NCBI GenBank assembly: GCA_024704765.1
Contig: JAKMXF010000337.1
Coordinates: 124,001 to 188,000 of the forward strand
Origin: Oopsacas minuta
Taxonomy: Eukaryota > Animalia > Porifera
Reading direction: 5' to 3'
Length of the DNA stretch: 64,000 nucleotides
The translations under genes were made by a program, and so were the position numbers. Below are positions 39,488-51,542 of the stretch, piece by piece (position 1 is the first letter of the stretch; each line of letters starts with the position of its first letter). The notes under the pieces were generated by a model. The model saw nothing but the letters and a program-made list of their open reading frames with translations, was not told the origin of the DNA and did not search any database.

Positions 39488-40400
39488 CAGTCAGGGGACA
39501 AAAGTATTCAAACACACAAATATATTGTCATAAATTGTATACTCTTTCCCGCTCCTATATATTGTGTAGTCGATATTCGTAGCTGCTATCTAGTAATTTG
39601 TATAGAACAACATATGTTTTGCAAGAATTTCAAAAAAATATTTTCGGTTTACACAGTTTGAAGGTGTTAATTATTAATAATTATTAGATAATAATTGATA
39701 ATCAAAATATGTGGTAATTCAAAGCCTATTAAGAATCTATAATTTCTGACTTGATATTTGAATTCTACGTAGGCGAGTCACCCCGGATTGAAATTTCCAA
39801 TCGGATTGAACGATTTTACCAAAGTTATAGAAGAATTTCAATTTGTCCCACTTGTGCCACTTTTTGAATAAAGTGGCACAGGTTGCAGGAAAAAGCGCCA
39901 CTACAAGGAAATCAACTAGGGTTAGGAGGAATAAGTCGAAGTAATATTTTCGAATGATATGACTATGCTAACCCTTGAATCCCAAAATAACCTCTTGGTA
40001 ACGGCCACTTGTGCCACCTTGAGCACAAGGTGGCACAAATGGCACAAATTGAAATTCATCTATAACTCTGGTAAAAATTGTTCAATCCGATTGGCAATTT
40101 CAATCTGGGGTAACTCGCCTACGTAGAATTCAAATATCAAGTCAGAAATTATAGATTCTTAATAGGCTTTGAATTACCACATATTTTGATTATCAATTAT
40201 TATCTAATAATTATTAATAATTAACACCTTCAAACTGTGTAAACCGAAAATATTTTTTGAAATTCTTGAAAACCATGTTATTCTATACAAATTACTAGAT
40301 AGCAGCTACGAATATCGACTACACAATATATAGGAGCTGGAAAGAGTATACAATTTATGACAATATATTTGTGTGTTCGAATACCTTTGTCCCCTGACTG
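39488..40400. mobile_element. Complete 913-bp palindromic Tc1/mariner-type MITE (~370-bp arms)
   Basis: TA|CAGTCAGGGGACAAAAGTATTC ... GAATACCTTTGTCCCCTGACTG|TA; arms are reverse complements nearly throughout. Confidence 0.92.
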
Positions 40401-40509
40401 TAGATTAAGGGTTGAAACTTTCAAGGGTGATTAGACAATCTCCGTGAGGTATCTACTGATGGTTAAGAGCTTTTAGCTAACACACTGCTTCATTATTATA
40501 TATCCTATA

Positions 40510-43500
40510 CACAGTGGTTTAAAATGGGAGTTAGTAAAGAATAGGTATTCTAGTACCAGATAGCCACATGCAATGTATTATTTGCGAATAGGTTATCGTA
40601 TCCGAGGAATCGAATGGGGTAATCAAATTTCTTCTATGGCTTCTAGATTTCTGGATATGACGTCATCACATATTATGATGACGTTACATTTTAAAAATTA
40701 TTTAATAAAACTCATAGAAATTTCCACTTCATAAGAAAAATCTCCTACTCTGTATATATATATACTATTATCCTGTATAGTATTTGGATAAGAGTGTATA
40801 GATTTAACATTTTAATGAATCTATGAATTAATTATAAGTGAATCAACAATTTCGTCGATGGAAGAATCTAGTAATCTATTTTCTGTATTATCCCTACAAC
40901 ACTTTGCTCTTTTTGTGTGGCCGTGTTCCCCACACATTTCACAAACTAAACTTGAACGAAATTGATTCAATACAGGGTCACTTTCAGAGGCCAGTCTCAC
41001 GAAAATGTCCATTGCATTATCTTCAAATAAAGACTTCCTTGCAAGATTCTCCCTATACTTTCTTAGTAACTTGTTGCATGCCTCGGATCCCTCTTCAGAG
41101 AAACTTTTCAGACCTCGCCCAAGGTTGAACTCTTTCAAAATTTCTTCTGAGTGAGCTAATACCCAGTGTAATGTTGGGGTAATGCTCACCCAAGGTAATG
41201 AATCAACGATCAAGAGATATGTATCGGTGCATAGATCACCAAAGACCTCGGTGTTAATGATCCTGTCTGAATTGATTATTCGAAGAATAGCTGACAAGTG
41301 TGTATGTAGTTTTGAAAGTGTTTCTTTGTGTTCTGTTTCAACAACTGACAATACACACTCAATGTATTTCGAATCACAGGAAAATGCTCGACGAGCTACA
41401 CTACCAGTAGAGCTAGTACCTCCACTTGCATTCGGCTGATCTATCCTCATTCCTGTCTTCCCTTCAATCAGATTTCTGACAAATATCATTGAATTTTTTA
41501 TCGTCAAAGATGTTGGTGACCATGTACGTTTTCCACAATTCAAATGATAAATTAGTAGATTGAACCACTTGAAAATGCCAGTGTACGAGTGTAACGGAGA
41601 TGCTGGAAGGATGTTTATTGTTGAGGTTGGTTCGTGCGTTATGTTACAACGTTGGTTTGAAGGAAGTGAGAAGAACGAATGGCTGTCTTCTATTTCACCG
41701 AAAAGTTGAATTGCATCAGTAATGTACCTGTTGATAGGAAATCCCTGTATTATCAACTCACGATCACTGAGTTCCTTATGTGTTGCTGTGCATAATTGAC
41801 AACTTGCCTCACCTGCCCCAGATAGAATTCCTGCCATTTTCCCATCAAGCATTGATCGAACAATGTCGACTCGTACTTGCTGATCAGAGCCAAGAGTAAA
41901 TCCTTCACTTCTCATAAGATCAGTATCAGTATTGATTAGATCGTCCATAAATCGCTTGATATTAGCTTCGTTTTCTTTCGCAGCGAGGAGGAAATCGGAC
42001 GTTGAGCAAAAGGAGAACTGGAAGTGTTATTTTTCCAGAGTTCGCGACTGCTATTGCTTATTACCTTTACAGCTCTGAAACAGAATAAGATAAACGACTT
42101 AGTATCTGTATTCGTGTTTGATTGATTATATACAGTGTGACTTCCAGAGCCATCTAATCCGTCTGCTATCTGGAATTGTAGGGGATAATCTTGAGCTGGA
42201 GGTGGCGGTAGCGTGGACATAAGCCTGCAAAAAGTATGGCAGACGTGATGGGCATATGGCATATATACACCAAGTGGAGTTTCAGGATTGGGGTACATCT
42301 GAATATCCGACCGTAAAATTATACTGTTTCTTTCTTCTACTACCCTATAGTATGCCGGGAAACGAATATCGCTAGATAGCAAGTGATGTCGGAGTTGTGT
42401 GTATTTCCTCCTGCCAATTTCTAGGAGATCTACAAGGAACACTGTCTTGGTAACATCGAGCTCTTTCTTCAACAATTTACCGAATTGACCCGAAAACTTG
42501 TCATAGACTACAGATTTTGAAACTTTAACTATTTCTCGCTGTTTTGTTTGGTCCGATAGTAGTTGCAAGGCAAGTGCAGCTATCTTGATTTCTGAAGTAT
42601 TCTCAACGATTGAGAGTGCTTTGATAGATTCCAAGACATTTGAGAGTCGTAAGCGTTGTTGTTGCATCGTGAGATTGTCAATACTCTTCCTATGGTTTGC
42701 AGAGAGTGTGGATATGACTTCTTCATCATCTGAAGACAGCTCAACGGTATCATAAAAACGGTTCCTCTTCAACTCTGGTTCCATGGATATACCACAATGC
42801 CACCAGTCTCCCTCTAAGCAATCTAGCGATTTCTTTGCCTTCCTGATCCTGCTTCTTACTCGGAGGAGCGTTGCTTCCAATTGTTTCCTTTCTTCGAAGT
42901 CCATTTGAAAGTTCTGCTCAAAGAAACTGAGTGTCGTCGAGATACAGTTGTTGTTGTCTTTCAAAATCTTCGCAAATTCAAGATGAGAGTTAGGGAAAGT
43001 TGGTTCTTGAGTCATTGATAAAAGCGTAGAAAACGGTTGATTATCAGCAAATTCAATTTGTTAATGTCATATTAATCATGTATTTATATATTACATTTAT
43101 TGGTAATTGGAATGCTGCAATCGAGTAGATAAATTTAGCATATAAATTGCATAGCAACAAAAAGGTGACAATGGAATTCGCTGAAATTTTTCATGTTGTG
43201 CACTGTTTCGGGCGTATCATTTTAATATGTCTTTCTAGATATTATAATGCCATTTTGGAATTAATTTCTAAGTGGTGTTTTGTGGTGTTTTTTTTGCGGC
43301 CATTTGGAAGTTCTTTTTTTAATAATATTGTACCTCTAAAGTACCATTAATCAAATCAACTTTGAGTCCAAATGTAGTAAAGATACACTGACGAAAATGA
43401 GAAATCAGATTTAGCATAACTGAATTGTGTTGAGGAAATAAAATAAATTTGATTCGAAGAATTCTGCGACGCTCTCAAGTAAACTTAAATTGGTGCTAAT

Positions 43501-43686
43501 ATTAGCATCACTGAAACCGCAAATAGAACTATTTTTGATTGATTCTTTAAATTCATGTTGTGAGAGCTATATGTATTTGATCGAATTGAAATTTGAAATT
43601 AACATTATTCAAACAAACAAGAACGAGTTTAAACCATTAAAAATGAAATCTATTTTTTGTCTATTCTTTGCATTCAAACCACTGTG
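40510..43686 (-). mobile_element. RAG1-like/Transib-related transposon #2, complete ends
   Basis: CTATA|CACAGTGGTTT ... AAACCACTGTG|CTATA (5-bp TSD at 40505-40509 and 43687-43691); AAAGAATAG at 19 nt (3' end) and 10 nt (5' end) after the heptamer. Confidence 0.93.
40821..43015 (-). pseudogene. RAG1-like transposase, 731 aa if one base is restored at 41992-41994
   Basis: ORFs 41936-43015 and 40821-41948 join as RPI(F)LLAAKENEAN; DGLDGSG, MLDGKM, CQLC, SPLH, LHWVLAH and FSEEGSEACNK all present; C-terminal CEMCGEHGHTKRAKCC. Confidence 0.92.
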
Positions 43687-44999
43687 CTATAGTAATTATT
43701 AATATAATATTAGTAGCAATATCGCGGTTAGAGATTATATAATCAGTATACGATTGTGTTTATATATTTCAACAAAAAGTCAAATACAAACTGACATGAA
43801 AATTGACTGAACCTTGACATTTTAGATTACTAGCAATTTTAGTTTCAAAAGTTAAAAATACATACCTAGTGTATATCTAGGTGCCGACGGGCAAAGAAGT
43901 GCCAGTACAGCAACGATAAAGGACGTAGAGCGCCGATCGAAGATTCAAATCAGTATAGGAGCAATACTATATTACGTACAAAAAGTCTCATCCCAAAAGA
44001 GTCCTTGCAAGAAAAGTGCCGAGCCAGAAATTCCTGGATAAACCCCTAATAGGCGAAAAATTCGACAAAATTCAACAATTCGAACATTGATTCCTTGGCA
44101 ATTTGTATAACTGCGGTCAGCTACTAGATGGCAAATCATCCGAACTGTAACTAAACCAATCACATCGAATTTAATTTAACCACAGGATTCATGCTCATTC
44201 ATTAATGACTAATATGTATTTAAGATGTAAATCACGGAATCATCCAAGTTTAATATGCTTTGGTCATATAAATTCCATATTTGCATTGTCTAAAACTACA
44301 TATCATTGTTAATTACAGAAATTCACGTAGTTCAGATGATGAATTATCCAATGTCTATTCACGGGGTAAAATGTGTATTGTGAGAGAGACATACAGGTAG
44401 GTGATTGACAAAATGCATAGAGTTCCAGGGTATAGAAAATGGATAATTCACCATTCAATTGAGGTATATTTCTGTAATACGCCATGAAATATACGTAAGT
44501 AGAGATTTATTATCTAACATATAAACTTGGTTAAATAAGGTGATTTACATATAAGATACATACTTTGCCATTATAGAAATTTCTCAAACAGACGATGACA
44601 TTATGTATTTATAAGATATATGTAAAAATATATCAAGCTAATTTTAACCCGCAGGGCCCATCTCGCCAAATCGTGTTTCAAGACCTTTGAGACTTTAGAG
44701 GGTTGATAATCGTTTATGCAGGGCCGTACCTTGTTGGAGTATGGGGGTGTGACATCTCCCACTTTTCCCAAGTAAAAATTTCGGGGCATGCATAATTTGA
44801 CAGAAAATTGTATTTGGGTATATGCTACTCAGCCTCCCCAATTTCCATTTGGATAAGGATGATGTATTCATCTGAGAAATTATCTTCGCTCTCTCACTAT
44901 GCTCGCATGGTAAATATAAAATAGCACTGGTTTTCTAGCTAGCGAGGGTCCATTCTGGCAACACCAATATTCACAAGTGGCACATATTAATATGATTTC

Positions 45000-45330
45000 G
45001 GAACTTCGTAAGTGAATCCAAATGTTGCAATAATCGATTTATTTCGAACTATGTAAATATTTGGAAGTCAGTTTAGAGAATCTCAAATGATTTTAATACT
45101 GTGTTCCATTCTGGTGCCAATAATCTAGCGATGTGCCACTTTTACCACATGTTGCACAAATATTAATATGCTAATAAGTCCACGACATAGGCTCTACACA
45201 ATTCGAAATATACATAATGGGGCAACACAGACCCGTAAGGTGAAATCGAATATTCTATCAGAATTGTTCCATCTTATTTGAGTTTTGAGCAATTAGCAAT
45301 TGAATATGTAATTGGCTCATTATCTATTTA
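45000..45330. repeat. Old dispersed repeat colinear with 59070-59380
   Basis: Shared blocks taaatattt.gaagtcagttt.gagaa.ctcaaa, ccattctggtgcca, tcagaatt.ttccatct. Confidence 0.6.
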
Positions 45331-46974
45331 AAAACTATAAAAGATAGCTCTATAAAATTTGAAATAGAAGTTGGGAAGTGTCTAAGGTTGCCGAAAATGC
45401 AATAATCCACCAATCGTGAAATTTTCCAGTTTTTCCAAAATTTTGGAAAAATATAGGGTATATTCACCCCTTAATGAGCAAAATATCTAATTATTTTCAT
45501 GGATTCAGTCAGGATAATGTTAAATAACACAGTCATATTGTTCTTTCAAGCATATCATCGTATGGATATTCAAAAATTCGCTGGATTGCCAGGATATTTA
45601 ATTGTACATTTAGTTGTGTTGAAATACTTATGCTCGTTTAGTATATACATATATATATATTTCATCTGGATTCTTGATACCTTAAGATACATTTTCTCTG
45701 TACACTATTGTGTAAATCTTGAAAATTATCAAATATGGACAGATTCACGAATGCATCACACCGGTTAGAGAAATCCTATCAAATTACCTTACAAGGCGGG
45801 TAACTAGTATCGTGAACTACTTAATATAAGGACTGGAAACTAAAATTATTTTCTGGACAAGTGATAAATGGGAAGTGCATTGTAGCTAATTCAAATTCAA
45901 TAACTCATAATAATAGCAAATTAACTGAAGTTATCATCAAGTTTCATAAATTGATGTGATGAGTCACACATTACACCTCTAGATGTATTTTCTGGTCGTA
46001 GAGACGTCATGTGATCGCCCAATTACCTGAGATATTGGAAAAGTGCTACGGCTATAAAACGCAGATATGATCTTTGAATTCAAATTTCATTTATGAAATA
46101 TCGAAAAATACTTTATACAAAACATAAAAAATTGTCATAATAATATTAGCTAGTTCTTGAGTTATAGCTAAACCATGGATTTCACTTCTATGTCAATATT
46201 CACACAAAACTCTATAATGGTTATAGTTATTGTCAAGTCAATATAGCCAATTTAAGTAGATATCTTACCCATACCCTGATAATATATTTTATGTGATATC
46301 TCTTACCATTGTGACGTAATCCTGAATATATCCATTTCATTTTCATGATTGCGTAATGATCTTCAGAGATATCAAAATGTACTACGGTATTAGAACTGGA
46401 ACAACAAAGAAACTATAGCCTATTCACGGTATTCAACCATGGATTACTATAAGTCTCAGAAACTTGATAGGCAATTTAAATATACTTGAAATTGGTACCT
46501 TTTCGCCCGAATAAATGTATTATTGATAGTCAATAATATATAATAGCTATATCAACAAACCATTGTCAGGCCTGAAATGACGTCATCCGATTGGAAATAA
46601 TGAAACATGTCGTCAAACAGGTATCATTTTTCATGCTGTGTTAATCGAATACTAGTGCGACTTGGATTCCAAAATTATCAGCGAAGGATTTATAGGTGCT
46701 TCCATATAGAATATAGAAATTCTGTAATGATATCTTTCTCACGTTATTGAGATATATTAGATACCATGGATCATGGATAGCACATATTTGGTCACCCCTT
46801 TATAAATCCGTTTTCGCTAGAGTTATTATCAAATCACTCAACCCAATATGTACTGAATACCCAACATCCCATACCCTTCTAATACTTTTGGATAAGATTT
46901 CTGTAACCGATGTGACAAAATTATGAATATGTCCATATTTGATCATTATCAAAATTACGCAATAATGTTTCAAG

Positions 46975-47022
46975 ATATCGTAGGGATATGTATTCCAAAT
47001 ATCGTAGGGATATGTATTCCAA
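46975..47022. repeat. Perfect 24-bp tandem duplication (atatcgtagggatatgtattccaa x2)
   Basis: Direct reading. Confidence 0.9.
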
Positions 47023-47404
47023 GGATATAGGAAGTTTGGTATGTAATACATAATGGCTAGAGTGATTTTGCAATAACTCTAGCAACTTTCGAGTTTAAGT
47101 TGATATTGCCAAAACATGTGCCATCCATGTACCTAATATAACTCAGTACGTGACAACTTTATAATTACAAAAATAAAATATTTTATGTATAACATCCTTG
47201 GATCACTTGATATACATCTGGAATCGAAGTCGCACTCGTTATGATTTATCAGAGCTTTAAAAATGGTGCATTTTTAACAACATATTGCCATTTTAACCAA
47301 AGGGATATCGAAATGGTAATAGTTGGATAACATGTCTTCGGTAAATTAACTATCAGTAACACATATACTCTATCCAAAGACACCTATTGTATATTATTGA
47401 GAAT

Positions 47405-50234
47405 TGTTGCGTGAGATTTTAACTCATTAGTATTATTGGCCCAAGGACTGTCTTTCACCGAGAGATTTTAACTCATCTATATTAAACGAAAGTGAATTTG
47501 CAGGATATTTGACCAGGATAATTTCAATCACTAATTTGTCTACTGGTACTCATCAGATTTACCCGAAATTAATATGATTCGGTAGTAGAGTATTGGACGT
47601 TGTATAAAATATAATTTTCTTAAATACTTTTTAACTTTTACCTATCAATTTTGTCATGACGAGTAGAGTCGCTTCTCTATTAAAAACGACGACCTAAAAG
47701 TGAGAATTTCAAAACTGAAATTTTGTATCTATATTTGTGACTCAAGGACGTTTATGTAAATTAAATTTATCCCAAAATTCCTTAAACTCGAGGGGATACA
47801 AGTATTCAAAGTTGAAGTCAGAGTTATATTGGAGGAGGCGAGTATCATTTACAAAAAGTAGGGTCAGTTCAAATTGATATTTGATATCCCAAATCGAACT
47901 GAAACTAGTATATTTTGATAACAATCGATAGCTGAGACATGGATGTATACCATTATGTCGTTATAATCATGAAATTCTGAAAGATACAGTCACAATGGGG
48001 TTCTAAAAATTGCATAATTGTCGTTGTTTATGTATTTCGAAATTTCAATTTTGACTCAAATTTCAAAAATCATTCATCCTCAGAATCGCCTGAAACTTTA
48101 CAGGCTCCTTCTTTTATATTATATCATTCAATTTCCTTTAAAAAAAAACAAGGGTCGCTAGTACTTTTCTAATAAATATTACAAAATAATATTTTGTGAA
48201 AATGTTTTCCACTAACCATATCATTATTCACATTGTCTAGTACAATACTAGATTATCTCATAAGACTAATGAGCATGACTAACATTTACGCATGAAGTAA
48301 CACTTGTCATAACTCTTCTCTTGGTTCCCTTTCTAATGTTGCTACAACAAACGAATAATCAAACCGCAAAATACTGAAATTACGAATTACATTTTCCATT
48401 TTTATCCATCACAATGAAATATACATATTGACATTTAATCATATATCTACCTCATCCTTATTGAATCATACTTCAGTATTTCTGAAATATTCTGTTTAGA
48501 GTATGTTGTGACAAAGACATTACTGTAAGAGATGGTAACCTAGTGTAGAATTGGTTTAAGATAGTAAAACATAATATTTTGAAATACGAAACTAGGCTAA
48601 ATGCCGCAGGTCAAAATACGTTAATATTGATGACAGAATTACCGTATTCAAATTTGCTTTTACAACATTAGCAAGTGAAGCATTTAAATAACAAACAAGA
48701 AAAAATGTTGTGGAAAATGACGAAGATTTATACTGAGGAATGGTCCCAAATGAAAAGGAGCAAATTAAGTTATATTAATCCATCAAGGAATAAAATAAAA
48801 ATCGCTTTTAGTAGTTTTATTACAAATACGCCACAGAGCCATCCTAATTTTATAGGATGTTCTAATCTAAGTATTAACAAAGACATGTTACCAAATATTC
48901 CTCTTCTGTTCCTAGGCATCAAATAAATTGCCAAAGTGAGATTAAGGTAATTCTACATCTTATCTGGAAATACTTTGGCAGGGAAAGATGTAGAAACAAT
49001 TAAATCAATATTTAACAAGGCATTTATTGAAAGAAGAATTATTTATAACATTGTGGTGATTGTTATGACTAAACTGGGACGAAAGATTAAAAGAATTAAA
49101 ACAAGTAATCATTTTATCCAAATATAAATTTAAAGTGGGTGAAGTTATTCGTTTTGAATACAGCGCTAACCTCACAGTCGCATTGTCCTGTGAAAATTGT
49201 ATTATAATACATGCGTAGTATGGAGATATGACTTAAGAATATTAGATATGTCAAAAATAAATGAGTATTTTTCGGTTTGATTCTTCGTTTGTTGTAGCAA
49301 CATTAGAATGGGAACCAAGAGAAGAGTTATAACAAGTGTTACTTCATGCGTAAATGTCAGTCATGCTCATTAGTCTTATGAGATAATCTAGTATTGTACT
49401 AGACAATGTGAATAATGATATGGTTAGTGGAAAACATTTTCACAAAATATTATTTTGTAATATTTATTAGAAAAGTACTAGCGACCCTTGTGTTTTTTTA
49501 AAGGAAATTGAATGATATAATATAAAAGAAGGAGCCTGTAAAGTTTCAGGCGATTCTGAGGATGAATGATTTTTGAAATTTGAGTCAAAATTGAAATTTC
49601 GAAATACATAAACAACGACAATTATGCAATTTTTAGAACCCCATTGTGACTGTATCTTTCAGAATTTCATGATTATAACGACATAATGGTATACATCCAT
49701 GTCTCAGCTATCGATTGTTATCAAAATATACTAGTTTCAGTTCGATTTGGGATATCAAATATCAATTTGAACTGACCCTACTTTTTGTAAATGATACTCG
49801 CCTCCTCCAATATAACTCTGACTTCAACTTTGAATACTTGTATCCCCTCGAGTTTAAGGAATTTTGGGATAAATTTAATTTACATAAACGTCCTTGAGTC
49901 ACAAATATAGATACAAAATTTCAGTTTTGAAATTCTCACTTTTAGGTCGTCGTTTTTAATAGAGAAGCGACTCTACTCGTCATGACAAAATTGATAGGTA
50001 AAAGTTAAAAAGTATTTAAGAAAATTATATTTTATACAACGTCCAATACTCTACTACCGAATCATATTAATTTCGGGTAAATCTGATGAGTACCAGTAGA
50101 CAAATTAGTGATTGAAATTATCCTGGTCAAATATCCTGCAAATTCACTTTCGTTTAATATAGATGAGTTAAAATCTCTCGGTGAAAGACAGTCCTTGGGC
50201 CAATAATACTAATGAATTAAAATCTCACGCAACA
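47405..50234. mobile_element. 2.83-kb foldback element: 971-bp inverted arms (47405-48375, 49264-50234) around an 888-bp spacer
   Basis: GAAT|TGTTGCGTGAG ... CTCACGCAACA|GAAT (4-bp TSD); identical mirrored 60-aa ORFs at 47742-47924(-) and 49715-49897(+); few mismatches between arms. Confidence 0.9.
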
Positions 50235-51044
50235 GAATATTAAAATTACCTACCAAATTTACTAGGCTGAATTAATCCATGGTAACCAGTGAAATGTATA
50301 TAGTTACCATGCAGGGGTGCGGAAGTGGTTAGGGTGCTCAGGCCATGGCCTGACCATTTGAATTGTCAGCTCAGGCTTCACCTGGCCAATTAATCAATCC
50401 CGTTATGCTATGGCCTGACCAGAAACGTATTTTTTTTAACACCCACATATCTTAACCTTCCCTTTAACTAATATTTGGCCTGTTTATGATCATATTACTA
50501 CATTTTTGTTTTTCATTCATTATTAATTTTCTTTCTTTTCTTGTTTACTTTCCTAATCTTTACCAATGATTTAGCATTTATGGCTTGAAGCATGAACTGG
50601 GATATTCTAGCGCCAGATATACCAAATGTTCCTTATCATGCTTTAATGTTAAATCTGCTTTCATTACCTGTGGCTATTGCAACTAGAAGGATGTTAGTGA
50701 AAATGGAGGCTTTTGCAAACAAGAACGTAGTACAACTCAACAAAACGCCACTCAACTATAATTTGAAACACCAGCAACAACCAAAGATGTTGGAGAACTA
50801 ATTTCAAATACACATGCCATGGAAAAATAGGCAAAATCTTCTAAAGAAAATTCAAAATTTAAGGTTTTTAGCATGACTAGGACTAGCCCCCGAAAATCCA
50901 TTAAGATAGCAGGCCAGTTTTGTAAGATTGGAATAAAGGACTGGCAATGTAGCATATATAAAAGTTCTTTAAGAAATCATACTTTTAGGAATGAATAGTT
51001 TTTGTTTGCCTCTAGGTGTTGCCTTCCAATTTAATGACTATTTA

Positions 51045-51293
51045 CACTCCCTGGCCAAAAGTATCGGAACACCATACCATTAATGACACATGCGACATAT
51101 GGCACATTACGAGAATCTACCTACTGAATAGTCTGAAAATATATCAGAAAGGCGATTATAATGACAAAAGTAATGATCGAACTAAGTTCACAGATGTTTT
51201 ATATTATCTTCAGCCTACGCAACTAAAGTAAATACATATTTATGCAATGTGCCAATTGTGGCAGAGTGTTCCAATACTTTTGGCCAGGGAGTG
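51045..51293. mobile_element. 249-bp Tc1-type MITE
   Basis: TA|CACTCCCTGGCCAAAAGTATCGGAACAC ... GTGTTCCAATACTTTTGGCCAGGGAGTG|TA; 27/28 TIR match. Confidence 0.9.
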
Positions 51294-51542
51294 TATATAC
51301 AGAGTCAAATTTACTATAACTTTATTGGACATTTTCTATTCATCACTAGCAAAATATATGTTCTGGATATAATCCATGGCCCAAATTCCCAAACTTCTTT
51401 ATTAACCACATGTATCGGATTTTGATTCTATATTTTTTGTCAGAGAAAATGCATATTCACTAAACATGGTTGGATTTTATTATTTATGATGCTTCACGCT
51501 AAATGTACCTATGTTCCACAATTTAACTCCCACGTCGATTTT

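Noticed and set aside
43652-43660. ACAAAAAAT, 7/9 match to the RSS nonamer ACAAAAACC, 19 nt from the heptamer of RAG1-like #2
   Set aside because: Present at only one of the ends, and A-rich 9-mers are common in this AT-rich DNA; the conserved second block is the ATAG-ending 9-mer
47742-49897. Two identical 60-aa ORFs as a duplicated gene pair
   Set aside because: They are mirror images within the foldback arms, have non-ATG starts and show no recognisable domain
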